Position numbers and translations under genes: made by a program. The notes below the pieces were generated by a model. That model was not told where the DNA came from. It saw only the letters and a program-made list of their open reading frames with translations, and searched no databases. Below, in pieces: positions 37,384 to 49,275 of a stretch of 64,000 bases of DNA (its first letter is position 1; every line of letters begins with the position of its first letter). The stretch comes from Octopus sinensis (Eukaryota), in contig NC_042997.1 in assembly GCF_006345805.1 (NCBI RefSeq), positions 28,334,001-28,398,000 of the forward strand, in the 5' to 3' direction.

Positions 37384-37614
37384 AACGGGAAGCTTTATGA
37401 AAATAGACAAAAGAGGAAGGCAGGTTTACGGAAATAAACAGAAGACGAAAACAGGTGGAATACAAACAACAATTGTATTAGTATGGCGCTCAGGAGATAT
37501 AAATAAAACAAGTCTTTAACGTTTCGAGCCTACGCTCTTCAACAGAAAGATACACAGAGAAGAAACACAGAAAGAAAGAGAGAAAAAAATGCGTGCAGAG
37601 GCTAGCGAATCAAC

Positions 37615-37616
<2 letters not shown>
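37384..37616 (-). mobile_element. Solo pLTR-like unit in (TA)n carrying a hammerhead motif
   Basis: About 235 bp non-coding unit between two (TA)n tracts; hammerhead fold at 37513-37550. Confidence 0.55.
37513..37550 (-). ncRNA. Minimal type I hammerhead motif with A6U core
   Basis: UCUUU-CUGUUGA-A-GAGC(GUAG)GCUC-GAAAC-GUU-AAAGA; all stems perfectly paired; AACGUU palindrome. Confidence 0.7.
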
Positions 37617-37646
<30 letters not shown>

Positions 37647-37851
37647 CATAAATATACATACAATTAAAAACGAGTAGTAAACAAACATACGAACATATTC
37701 TAAATATACAAAATGTCACCAACTCATCTTTAATTATCGGCAAGAGTGTTGAGTGCAATTTCGGCCATTATCGATAATATTGCTTCCACTCAGGAGGCAC
37801 CGGCAAGGAACTTACCAGGAATGGGCCATTGTGCCTCTATACCCCGCCCAC

Positions 37852-37895
<44 letters not shown>

Positions 37896-38005
37896 TATAT
37901 ATATATAGGCATGTCATATATTCCATTTGTTGATATTTTACTTAATCCTGAAAATATTAGTTATGGAACTCACGCATCCATTAAGTTTCTACCTATATAT
38001 ATATA

Positions 38006-38073
38006 CCTTGTGAGTGGATTTGATAGACGGAAATTCAAAGACGCCTGTGAAATGTATATATATATATATTATA

Positions 38074-38120
<47 letters not shown>

Positions 38121-38382
38121 TATACATAATATACATATATATATATATAGGTAGGGAATATTTGTGTCTTTGTGTCTGAGTTTGTTTGTCCTCTAACCAT
38201 CACTTGACAACCGATGTCGGTGTGTTTACGTCCCCGTAATTTAGTGATTCCAGAAAAGAGACCGATAGAATAAGTACCAGACTTACAAAGAAAAATTCCA
38301 GAGGTCGATACCTTCGGTTGAAAGGCAGTGCTTCAAGATTGCCACAGTCAAAATGACTGAAAGAAGTAACAGAATAAAAGAA
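38006..38382 (+). mobile_element. SINE family B, 5'-truncated
   Basis: Aligns with 43648-44050, including the internal (TA)n. Confidence 0.8.
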
Positions 38383-38413
38383 TATATATATATATAATAT
38401 ATATATAGATATT

Positions 38414-38923
38414 ACTAGCAGTATTGCCCGGCTCGTGCGCTCGTGCGTTCTATGCACGCGCGAATTAAGCTAAACCTTTACTTTGGTTTTAAAATCAAGC
38501 ATTTAATGCCCTCTATTTTTGCGCTTATGTGTTCCATTTTCTCAATAGGAAGTACCTAGAAGCGTTCCGTAAATATTTGTTGATCAAATAATTTCATTGT
38601 TGAATTATTCTTTTAGATCAGTATTTCTCATATTCTCCATGGTTTCTCGTTGCCTGTTTCCCTTTCACTAAACATTTTTATATCTTACTTTCTCCTATCC
38701 TCTCACACCACTCTCATTCCCCTCGCTATCTTATGTCATTCTATCACTCAGTCATTATTTCTTCCACGGGAGCCTACCCTCTAACATTGATAGTTTTTCT
38801 AGAGTTACCTCCTTCAATGCTCAAACTTTAATCTATAATATATAAGTCCTAAACAAACACGTTATCGAATTTTGCACTTGCGAGATGTCCCGGGAAGTTA
38901 AACACACAGACACAGAAGTTGTG

Positions 38924-38927
<4 letters not shown>
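38414..38927 (-). mobile_element. Helitron-like non-autonomous element
   Basis: Left end ACTAGCAGTATTGCCCGG is the reverse complement of the 3' end of 2368-2737. Confidence 0.5.
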
Positions 38928-38958
<31 letters not shown>

Positions 38959-38959
<1 letters not shown>

Positions 38960-40244
38960 GAGGGACGTTCAATAAGTAATGCCTCTGACCCACTTGCAGT
39001 TGTTTGATCTAGCTGAAATTTTGCACGTGCAATCATTTATATCTCTATAGAGTAAGTGGCAAATTACAGCTCTGAATTGTTGTTTCCGATTTACAGGTGT
39101 TTGAATCGAGTCAAGTGTGAAATGGAGCATGTTGAGTGTCGAGCAGTGATCCGGTTTTTGTATTTGAAAGGACGCACACCACGGGAGACTTTTGATGAAA
39201 TGAAAGTAACTTATGGTGATGATGCCCCAACATATGACCTTGTAAAACGCTGGCATCGTGAATTCAAACATGGTTGGAACTCTGTGGAAACAGCTCCCAG
39301 ATCTGGTCGCCCCTTCTGCCATTGATGAGGCATCTGTCCGTCAAGTTGAGGCTGCCAATTTGGAAGATCGACGCATAATTATTCGCCAAATAGACCATGA
39401 GGTCAAGATTAGTACCGGGTCTGTGGAAACTATCATTCATGACCATTTGCATATGCAAAAGGTGTCTGCCAGATGGATTCCCAGGTTGCTCACGCCTTTC
39501 CAGAAGCAAGAACGCGTCGAGTGCTCGAGGGTGAATTTGGAGATGTGCCAAGAAGATGAGTCAAAATTTTTCAAAAGACTGATTACACAGGATGAAACCT
39601 GGGTCCATCACGATGATCCAGAGACCAAAGCCGAGTCAATGCAGTGGAAGCACCGTGACTCACCGCCTCCAAAGAAGGCAAGGGTGCAGCCCTCCGCTGG
39701 CAAGGTCATGCTCACAGTCTTCTGGGACCAGGACGGAGTAGTGATGAGAGATTTCTTGGTAAAGGGTACCACAATTGCAGGAGCCTATTATGCTTCACTT
39801 TTGATGAAATTAAGAGAAGTTATCAAAATCAAGAGGCGGGGCAAGATCAGCAAAGGCATCCTCCTCCTGCAGGACAACGCTCCGGTCAACAACTCGCTTG
39901 TCACCAGATCAGAAGCACAGGCGTATGGCTATGAACTCCTCCCCCATCCCCCTACTTTCCTGACCTTGCACCCTCTGATTTTCACCTCTTCCCAGTCATG
40001 AAGTTGTTTTTGAAAGGAAAGCGTTTCCCAGATGATGCAGCCTTGATTTCTGAAGTCACGTCGTGGTTGGAGGACCAAGCTGGGGTCTTCTACAAAAACG
40101 GTCTCCAGAGCTGCATCAAACAATGGGAGAAATGTGTAACTCTGGGTGGTTCCTATGTAGAAAAAGACTAATAACTGTGCCAAGTGTCGTTGCTCTACCG
40201 CTATGGGAAGTGGGTCAGGGGCATTACTTATTGAACGCCCCTCG
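38959..40244 (+). mobile_element. Full-length mariner (DD34D) element, 1286 bp
   Basis: TIRs CGAGGGACGTTCAATAAGTAATGCCTCTGACCCACTT / AAGTGGGTCAGGGGCATTACTTATTGAACGCCCCTCG; TA flanks within (TA)n. Confidence 0.97.
39122..40171 (+). pseudogene. Mariner transposase, two frameshifts
   Basis: WIPRLL, QDETW, LQDNAP, HPP; frameshifts near 39315 and 39955; ends GSYVEKD*. Confidence 0.95.
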
Positions 40245-42190
40245 TATATATATATGTATATATGTATGTATGTATGTATGTATACATACACAAGTATGTG
40301 AATATGTTCAATATGTAAAATTGGTATATTCAATAACGTTATGTCGCTATATTTAGTGTATATTTAAGTGATGAGTTCACGGATAATTAATCGGCTGGAT
40401 GGGTTCTGAAATATGAGCAAGAACTCCTGAGATATGTCACATACGCCCACATTATCCACTTTTCATCTTCGATTTCATTTTTGTTGACGTCAGGCGTCTC
40501 GGATACGAAAGGTAGTAAAAATCAGAGTTATATATAATTTGGCTATAATTTCCAAAGAAAATCTTTGGAGATACACTCAAGAAGTTATTATCGAAAGCTG
40601 ACCATCTGTTTCATGATCCTTGATTCAAAAGAGCCAAATTTAATCAGTGGACTATATAGAGAAGTTTTATACCAGAGGAAAGAGCAAAAGAGCATGCAGA
40701 AAATAATATCATGATCGTCATGACAAAGCTCATTAGCGCTGCGGTTTTCTGGCTGCTGAGCGCTTAGCCATTAAGTAAACAGAAAGGCGACATGTAAGGA
40801 AGCTTGGTGAAGTAGAAGATTGGAATGTAATATAATTCAGTCCAGAAAAGACCTAGTTAAACCATGTGCATGGCATCGAAGAAAATGGGAAAGAGTAAAG
40901 TAAGGGATAAACAAGAGATGGACATGAAATATTAAATAAAAGAGCAAGATTTGCATGTAGTGATGGCGGAAGTAAACTAATGAATCATGTTAAAACCTAA
41001 TTGGGTTAGTCACTATTCAAGCACAAAAAAGCAATGCGAAGAGGAGATTCTGTTCTCTGCAAATCAGAATATTTTCTTTTAGAACGTAGCTGGGGCAAAT
41101 TGTGAGAATGTTGCACAGACCGCTGAAGAATGCTCATTATTTTTTGTCAAATTTCTGGAGTTGCTGTTGCAAACGAGCGTAACGAAGATGTGGGATAGAT
41201 GAATGAAATTCAGCATGTCTAACCTAATATACTAAGATTGGAAATAATTTCAAAAGAATTCCTTAAGAAAATGCCAAACGAAAATGTCCTGGACCAGATG
41301 GGACTCAAAGATTCTAGTTGATTCAATCGTAGGGAATTATACAAAAGGTTGCGTATTACTAGAAGTCCCAAGCAGGATGCTTAAACGGAAGGGAATATTT
41401 GGAATAGCAGATTGTGTTACTAAAGTAATAGACGTCAGCATGCGTTTGTGAAAAACAAACTTGTATGCTAGCAATAAACACCTAGGTGTGGTGAAATTAA
41501 AAAAAAAGATTAGTATTTCATGGAGGTACATTCTCACTATCGTAGTTGAGTTTATTTTCCTGTAAAAGTCGTGGTGCCTCTGTTTTTGCTCTTGTGACAT
41601 TTTTGCTTTTGTTACTGTTCGTTACCTTCGTTGTTTATGTAACAGATCGCTGCATTGCCCATTACCACTTATTCTGTGAAGAATTTGTAGTTTTAGCAGA
41701 AACTTCAATTATGAACATAATACATTTCTTTACTATGGATTCAAAATCTTTGCTACATTTATGAGTTATGCAAGCTTCAGATCTGCAGCCCTCGTGATAT
41801 CGACGTGACGTCGCTAGTGTTAATGTTTTCTATTGCTATTGTCACAAGAACGTCGCTGCTGAAATTGATCTCTTACTTCCACATCACTATACGCCATTTC
41901 TCCAGATTCAAAACTCAGAGCGTCTTCATTTAAATGCTGTTGTTTGTCCTTTGATGAATAAGTCTCATTGTTTTCGTTCTTCTGATTACCTGAAATGTTT
42001 CAAATTTAAAATTAATACATTCCTTTCGTCTGAACTTCTATTCCTCCATTTTGATTTCTCGCCTTGTTGGGGAGTATCTTATAAAAATAAAACATCCTAA
42101 TAACGGTCTTATCTGTATTTCATGCCGCCATGCTAACTTACCCGATCTCTTTTTCATTATGTTACATCAATCATTATTAAACCTTATTAT

Positions 42191-42402
42191 ACTCTTTACT
42201 CTTTTACTTGTTTCAGTCATTTGACTGCGGCCATGCTGGAGCACCGCCTTTTAGTCGAGCAAATCGACCCCGGGACTTATTCTTTGTAAGCCCAGTACTT
42301 ATTCTATCGGTCTCTTTTTGCCGAACCGCTAAGTGACTGGGACGTAAACACAGCGGCATCGGTTGTCAAGCAATGCTAGGGAGACAAACACAGACGCACA
42401 AA
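42191..42402 (-). mobile_element. SINE family B, 3' half
   Basis: Reverse complement of 43860-44050. Confidence 0.85.
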
Positions 42403-42412
42403 CACACACACG

Positions 42413-42446
<34 letters not shown>

Positions 42447-42451
<5 letters not shown>

Positions 42452-42662
42452 GAAACGTTAGCACGCCGGGCGAAATGCGAAGTCGTATTTCGTCTGCCGT
42501 TACGTTCTGAGTTCAAATTCCGCCGAGGTCGACTTTGCCTTTCATCCTTTCGGGGTCGATAAACTAAGTACCAGTTACGCACTGGGGTTGATAGAATCGA
42601 CTTAATCCGTTTGTCTGTCCTTGTTTGTCCCCTCTGTGTTTAGCCCCTTGTGGCTAGTAACG

Positions 42663-42667
<5 letters not shown>
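42447..42667 (+). mobile_element. SINE family A in (TA)n
   Basis: Aligns with 58658-58882. Confidence 0.9.
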
Positions 42668-42733
<66 letters not shown>

Positions 42734-42980
42734 GATAGTGCATTATTTTATATAAAAAGAAAGAAAATGAGATTTTCAAATTACAAACTCCTAAAACACA
42801 TTACTATCTTGATTGGCAGTATTAAAAGTGATAAAATTGCACCAAATGTAGCGGATTAGCTTCTTTATATGAATATCAGCAAAATTACAGAGAAAATCAG
42901 TGCAGTCCGCTTTGGGCATAAAATCATTATTCTGAAAAAATAACATATTACCATTCCCCTTTCTCCTCCTGTAGCTGCTA

Positions 42981-42983
<3 letters not shown>

Positions 42984-43040
<57 letters not shown>

Positions 43041-43072
43041 CACTACCACTACTGCTGCTGCTGCTGCTGCTG

Positions 43073-43106
<34 letters not shown>

Positions 43107-43140
43107 AACTACAAATAATAATAATAATAATAATAATCAT
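42984..43140. repeat. Compound (ACT)n/(GCT)n/(AAT)n microsatellite
   Basis: Direct reading; similar tracts at 22040-22160 and 61760-61890. Confidence 0.95.
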
Positions 43141-43647
43141 ATTTTTCTATATAACTTTATTTGGTTTTTGTAAATGACCAATTTGGTATGTTTGTTTTAT
43201 TGACTTATCAAGTATAGAGCAGTGTTTCTTTTCTCTAGGTGTCGGGAAGACATTCGTCAAGAAATGGAAACATTGAAGAAAATAATTATCTAGCGTGAGA
43301 TTTACATAATGTTCTTTTGGTCGGAGAAGTGAAAATTGAAGAGGATAAAGAACGAAAGAAGAAAAGAGAGAGACAGACAGAAAGAGAGAGAAAGAAATAG
43401 ACAAAGAGAGGCCGACAGTCAATTAGACAGAAAGAGTAACAGATGGGGAATATTCAATAAAGTAAACAAACCCTACAATATGTACCAACAGGCTCAATAA
43501 AAGGACATAACTCGCATTATACACACAAAACACTATATAAACACTGATAAAACAAAAGGCGGTGACCAAACCACATAAAAACATAGATACAATACAATAT
43601 CAGGAAGACATTGTACTCACGCAACAACAGCAAAAAACAGAAAAGAT

Positions 43648-44050
43648 GGCGCAGGAGTGACTGTGTGGTAAGTAGCTTGCTTACCAACCACATGGTTCCG
43701 GGTTCAGTCCCACTGCGTGGCATCTTGGGAAATTGTCTTTTGCTATAGCCCCGGGCCGACCAATGCCTTGTGAGTGGATTTGGTAGACATAAACTGAAAG
43801 AAGCCTGCCGTATATATGTATATATATATATGTATGTGTGTGTATATGTTTGTGTGTCTGTGTTTGTCCCCCTAGCATTGCTTGACAACCGATGCTGGTG
43901 TGTTTATGTCCCCGTCACTTAGCGGTTCGGCAAAAGAGACCGATAGAATAAGTACTGGGCTTACAAAGAATAAGTCCCGGGGTCGATCTACTCGACTAAA
44001 AGCGGTGCTCCAGCATGTCAAATGACTGAAACAACTAAAAAAGTAAAAAC
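43648..44050 (+). mobile_element. Full-length tRNA-derived SINE (family B)
   Basis: A box-like TGACTGTGTGG, B box GGTTCAGTCCC, internal (TA)/(TG) tract, A-rich tail. Confidence 0.85.
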
Positions 44051-44139
44051 GTAAAATGGCCACACAAAGATGCATATACTACAGCCACTCAAATATCAAA
44101 TAATAATAGTAATAATAATAATACGTAGCGAAAGTGGTA

Positions 44140-44700
44140 CATTGAAAACTGCGAAACTGTGGAGGATAGAGAGAGACAAGACGTGGTATGAGCGCAAACC
44201 TCAGAGAGTAGCGGAGTCGGAGTCTAGCAAAATCCTCTGGGATTTCCTAATCCAAACAGACCAGGTGCTAGAGTATAACAAACCGAACCTAGTCGTGGCC
44301 AGCAAGAGGCTCCACATGTGCTATATTGTTAATATTGCATTCCACATTTACCCCACTAATATTCAAGAAGGAAGGCGACACATTAGATAAATACAACCCA
44401 CGTAAGTACGGCTATGAAAAATGAGAATGTGAAGATACTGCCAAATATTTTTGGGTAATTGTAGACAGCATGAGACGACATCAAGAGGAATATCAAGGAA
44501 ATTGGAATAGAGTGCTCAGTAGAACTATTACAGATATTTGCCAGCAGGATCAGAATAATCAGGAAAGTATTAGATAGCTGAAATGAACGACTAGCATGGT
44601 ACACTAGGCTGCACGTCGCATACCCGCTACGCATGTAAGACTCCAGGAGCGCCAACAAAATGACAAAAGCTGTGATAAAGAGAAATAATAATGATAATAA
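44140..44700 (+). mobile_element. Dong/R4-like 3' fragment (RLE end + 3' UTR) between AAT tracts
   Basis: WYERKPQRV..KILWDFLIQTD and IGIECSVELL..IIRKVLDS*. Confidence 0.75.
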
Positions 44701-44701
44701 C

Positions 44702-44732
<31 letters not shown>

Positions 44733-44735
<3 letters not shown>

Positions 44736-44865
44736 GCCCTGATGCAGTACCAATGCCCTGATGCAGTACCAATGCCCTGATGCAGTACCAATGCCCTGAT
44801 GCAGTACCAATGCCCTGATGCAGTACCAATGCCCTGATGCAGTACCAATGCCCTGATGCAGTACC
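44733..44865 (+). repeat. Seven perfect tandem copies of AATGCCCTGATGCAGTACC (19 bp)
   Basis: Counted directly; the last copy runs into the element body. Confidence 0.95.
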
Positions 44866-45404
44866 AGGCAGTGGCTCTCATGGCTTCTGATCTTAACTGA
44901 TTGGAAGTGTTATCATGTACATTGTTTTGTCTTGGTATAAAAGATGGGCTACAGCAAATATTCTGCTCAATACCACAGATTTGCTTGTCAGTTGTTTGAC
45001 CTTAACCAGTTGAGCATGTCCCTTAGTGGCTGACAATACGTGCATCTCTGATCACGAGCAGAAGTAGTGGGGGAGCATCATGGCCATGTGTTGAGAGGGA
45101 TTCTTTGGAGTTTGAATGGTTCACCTCTGGAAACATAGGTGTTTTCTTTCAACATCCTAAAGCAACCCTTATTCAGGAACCTTTTGAGCAGGATGGGCTA
45201 CTCAACCTGAAGAAAATTCTAACTAGGCCCCACCTGCAAGGCCATGTGCTGTTTATCTTGATATGAGATCACCATGTCGCGCACATATGGTTGTGATGCA
45301 TGTGCCTGGTGTACCTTTATCAGACGGGTAGTCATGATGGGTATATTGGGCTTCGTATATTTTACCCCAGTGTCACTTTGATGGTATGCTCTGCTCGCTC
45401 ACTC
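44733..45404 (+). mobile_element. Non-coding (AAT)n-embedded element, copy 1
   Basis: Homologous to 45495-46071 and (3' part) 61612-61757; each ends ...CACTC followed by AAT/ACT repeats. Confidence 0.8.
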
Positions 45405-45489
<85 letters not shown>

Positions 45490-45494
45490 TTAAT

Positions 45495-46071
45495 AATGCT
45501 GTACCAGGCAATGGCCATGACCTGATGCAGTACCAGGCAGTGGCTCTCATGGCTTCTGATCTTAACTGATTGGAAGTGTTATCATGTACATTGTTTTGTC
45601 TTGGTATAAAAGATGGGCTACAGCAAATATTCTACTCAAAACCACAGATGTGCTTGTCAGTTGCTTGACCTTAACAAGTTGAGCATATCCCTTAGTGACT
45701 GACGATATGTGCATCTCTGATTACGAGCAGAAGTAGTGGAGGAGCATTATAGCCATGTGTTGAGAGGCATTCTTTGGGGTTTGAATAAATCACATTTGGA
45801 AACAGGGTTGTTTTGTTCAACATCCTTAAACAACCCTTAATCAGGGACCTTATGAGCGGGATGGGCTACTCAGCCTGAAGAAAATGCTAACTGGGCCCCA
45901 TCTGTAAGTTCATGCGGTATTTATCTTGATATAATGTCATCATGTCAGGCATATACGTTTGTGATGCATATGCCTGGTGTACTCTTATCAGACGTGTAGT
46001 TTTGGTGGGTATACTATCCTCGTATATTTTACTCCAGTGTCACTTTGAAGGCTTGCTCTGCTCTTTCACTC
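45495..46071 (+). mobile_element. Non-coding (AAT)n-embedded element, copy 2 (more diverged)
   Basis: Colinear with copy 1, separated by (AAT)n 45405-45490. Confidence 0.8.
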
Positions 46072-47058
46072 AATAACGTTAATGATAAATATTACTACTA
46101 AAAGTAGAAAGCCTAAAATTTTGTGGGAGAGACTAGTCGCTAACATCGGTCCCAATCGACCCCCAATGATGAATTGCAAATTCGACCTCGGTAAAATTTG
46201 AACTGAGAACATAACGCCCAGCCTGCTAACGATTTTGCCATCTCACCACCTTAATTACCATCGGTCTCTGGAAATAGATTTTAGCACTTATGTATTTTAT
46301 ATTCTAATGTTACCAAATATATTAAGTCCTTTCATTGCCTACTACCCTGTTTTGAAAACAGATCGTGCTATACAAATGGTTATGGTTGTAACTGGAGTAG
46401 AAAACCATTGCTTTTCAAGTTGTAGCGTTGGAGAACAGAAAACAATTACTTTTGACTGATATGGAAACACAGATAAGGATATTTGAATTAACAAATCCTT
46501 GATTTTTCCCGAAAGCATCAAAATGAGCAAAATGAACCAACAAAAACAACATTTTAAAATTTCAAACTTACACGAGTATAGCTGCAATACCTGAAATCAA
46601 GGGGAGGTCATATTGGATAAAAATGTCAAGAAGGTACCAATAAAGTTTAGAAATTGAAGGCCTGATAAATTATCGCAAATAATCGGTCTTAATGAGCCGT
46701 ACGTCGATTCTTAGAATAAAAAGAAATATTTTCGAACCAAGACAGTGATATTTTACAACGATGTAAGTAGAAATATAATAGTTTTACATGTGGCAACACC
46801 AGTATGAATACCTCAGGTCTTCCGGTTATGAATAAACTCAGAGAACAAATCTTGATGTTGCTGAGGATAAACGAATGCAAACAAGGATATAGCTGTTACA
46901 TGGGTTTATTAATAAAACTATCATAATATTCTTATTAGTAAACCGATTAAAGACAGCCTTGAGGAAAGACAAATTCATTATGAATACTAATTTCCTGTAA
47001 GTGACAGTGAGCGAGATCATATGAATCATACGGAGCAGAGACTTGCAAACGCATACAT

Positions 47059-47136
<78 letters not shown>

Positions 47137-47439
47137 TGTTACGGGTTACACAGATAACAATAAATAAAACAGCAACAACCCGTAAGATTTTATACGTGTA
47201 TCGATATAAATGAATGGCATAAAACCGCCAGATCGAAGGCAGATCAAGGCAGATATAATCATTTTTATCATTATAAACACATGCCATCCCAAATTGTCAC
47301 AAATTGTCACAAAATGTTTGAATATATATATATATATAGTCAATACAGATAAAGGGTGAAATATAATTAAGTTAATAAAATCAACAAATTTCACCTAGTA
47401 GTATTTCGGTATGGAAAAGGACCATATTCGATAAAAATT

Positions 47440-47799
47440 TATATACTTATAATAATAAGGGTTTTTGGCACAAAGTGGCTTAAACCACATACCGAAAATA
47501 TTAGAAATAGCAGTGAAAGGACTACTATTTCCTCTTACTACAAAAATAAGTCTCCACAGACAACAATATTTGTGACTCACTTATGGCAAAAAAAGAAGAA
47601 AAACAACGAAACCACACAGTCTTCGGATTAATTATGTCTGTGGAGACTTATTTTTGTAGTAAGAGGATATTTGACTGCTATTTCTAATATTTTCGGTATG
47701 TGGTTTAAGCAACTTGTTGCAAAAAACCCTTATTATTATAAGTATATACATATATATATATATATACTTATAATAATAAGGGTTTTTTGCAACAAGTTG
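47440..47799. mobile_element. MITE-like inverted repeat with extra terminal inverted fragment
   Basis: Arms 47440-47562 and 47635-47748; 47710-47799 forms a second palindrome centred on (TA)n. Confidence 0.75.
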
Positions 47800-48596
47800 A
47801 ACCTCCTGCTACAGTATAGGGAGATGGAGAGAGATGGAGAGAGAGAGAGAGAAAGAGAGATCAATGGCCAGTACACGAGGAAGATTCGGTGATGTTATAG
47901 AGAAGAAAATGAGAGTCTGTGAAATGGAATAAAGGACGGTCACAATGATAGTCATCCCTTGTCTCTAGCTGACTTCTCTTCAACTCCTTGAACCGAAATC
48001 CTTTCACACAACTGACTTAGGCTTGATAATTTTCCGTATTTTTTATGATTGCAACGTAACGAGAAAGACAGACATATCGCTCTCAAAACAATGAGAATTG
48101 CTATATGTATCTTCTTTACCTCTTGTCAACTATTGTCTGTATAGGAGGAGTTAAAAGGGTCAAGTGAAGAATACATAAATCGGCTTGGCATAGGCCAGGT
48201 GTTGAGAGTCTCAGCTGTCAATTCTTGTCTTTCTGTGAGAAAATGCTGCGGTACGTTAAAAGGAAATTCTGTAGATTCCTGTTAGAATCAATATACCTAA
48301 ATGAAAATCCACTCTTTTCTTTCCAAGTAATATATTTTCTTACAATAACCAGAGGAGAAGTTACAGGGTAGCTAAATATTACGTAAGAGCCTAAGAAATT
48401 AGTAATCACTCATGCGTGGGAGATAAGTCCGTGGAGAAGTGAGATCTGTTTTGGGGAATATAAGAATAATAGAAAATGGAGACAAACTCACGGGATGTTA
48501 TTTACATCATCTGTATCCTATATCACCAAGGATCTAAATAACATATTTTGCGTGTTTCCGCTTTCTATTCTTCGTATATATATATGTATATATATA

Positions 48597-48657
<61 letters not shown>

Positions 48658-48719
48658 TGTAAATATATATATATATATGTGTGTGTGTGTGTAAATATAT
48701 ATATATATGTGTGTGTGTG

Positions 48720-48762
<43 letters not shown>

Positions 48763-48764
<2 letters not shown>

Positions 48765-49070
48765 AGTCGCAATGGCTCAGTGGTTAGGGCACCGGACTCG
48801 CGGTTGTAGGATCGCGGTTTCTATTCCCAGACCGGGCGTTGTGTGTGTGTTTATTGAGCGAAAACACCTAAATCTCCACGGGGCTCCGGCAGGAGGTGGT
48901 GGCGATCCCTTCTGTACTATTTCGCCACAACTTTCTCTCACTCTTTCTTCTGTTGGCCTGCTCGCGTAGCAAGCGGGGTGGCGTCATTAGAAGGCTAAAA
49001 CAATGTGAAGCACATTGTGACCAGCGATGTGTAACAACATCTGATAGCCTGGTCGGTCACGGTGATCACG

Positions 49071-49074
<4 letters not shown>
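48763..49074 (+). mobile_element. Full-length tRNA-derived SINE (family C) in (TA)n
   Basis: A box TGGCTCAGTGG (48773-48783), B box GTTTCTATTCC, 3' TCACGGTGA repeat, (TA)n both sides. Confidence 0.85.
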
Positions 49075-49100
<26 letters not shown>

Positions 49101-49101
<1 letters not shown>

Positions 49102-49275
49102 TCTTTTATTCTTTTATTTGTTTCAGTCCTTTGACTGCGGCCATGATGGAGGACCGTCTTTAGTCGAGTAAATCGACCCCCGGACTTATTCTTTGTAAGC
49201 CTAGTACTTATTCTATCTGTCTCTTTTGCCAAACTGCTAGGTTACGGGGACGTAAACACACCAGCATCGGTTGTC
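49101..49275 (-). mobile_element. SINE family B, 3' part
   Basis: Aligns with 42191-42370. Confidence 0.8.

Noticed and set aside
44733-44865. 19-bp repeats as a CRISPR array
   Set aside because: No spacers, eukaryotic context, and the unit is the element's own 5' end.
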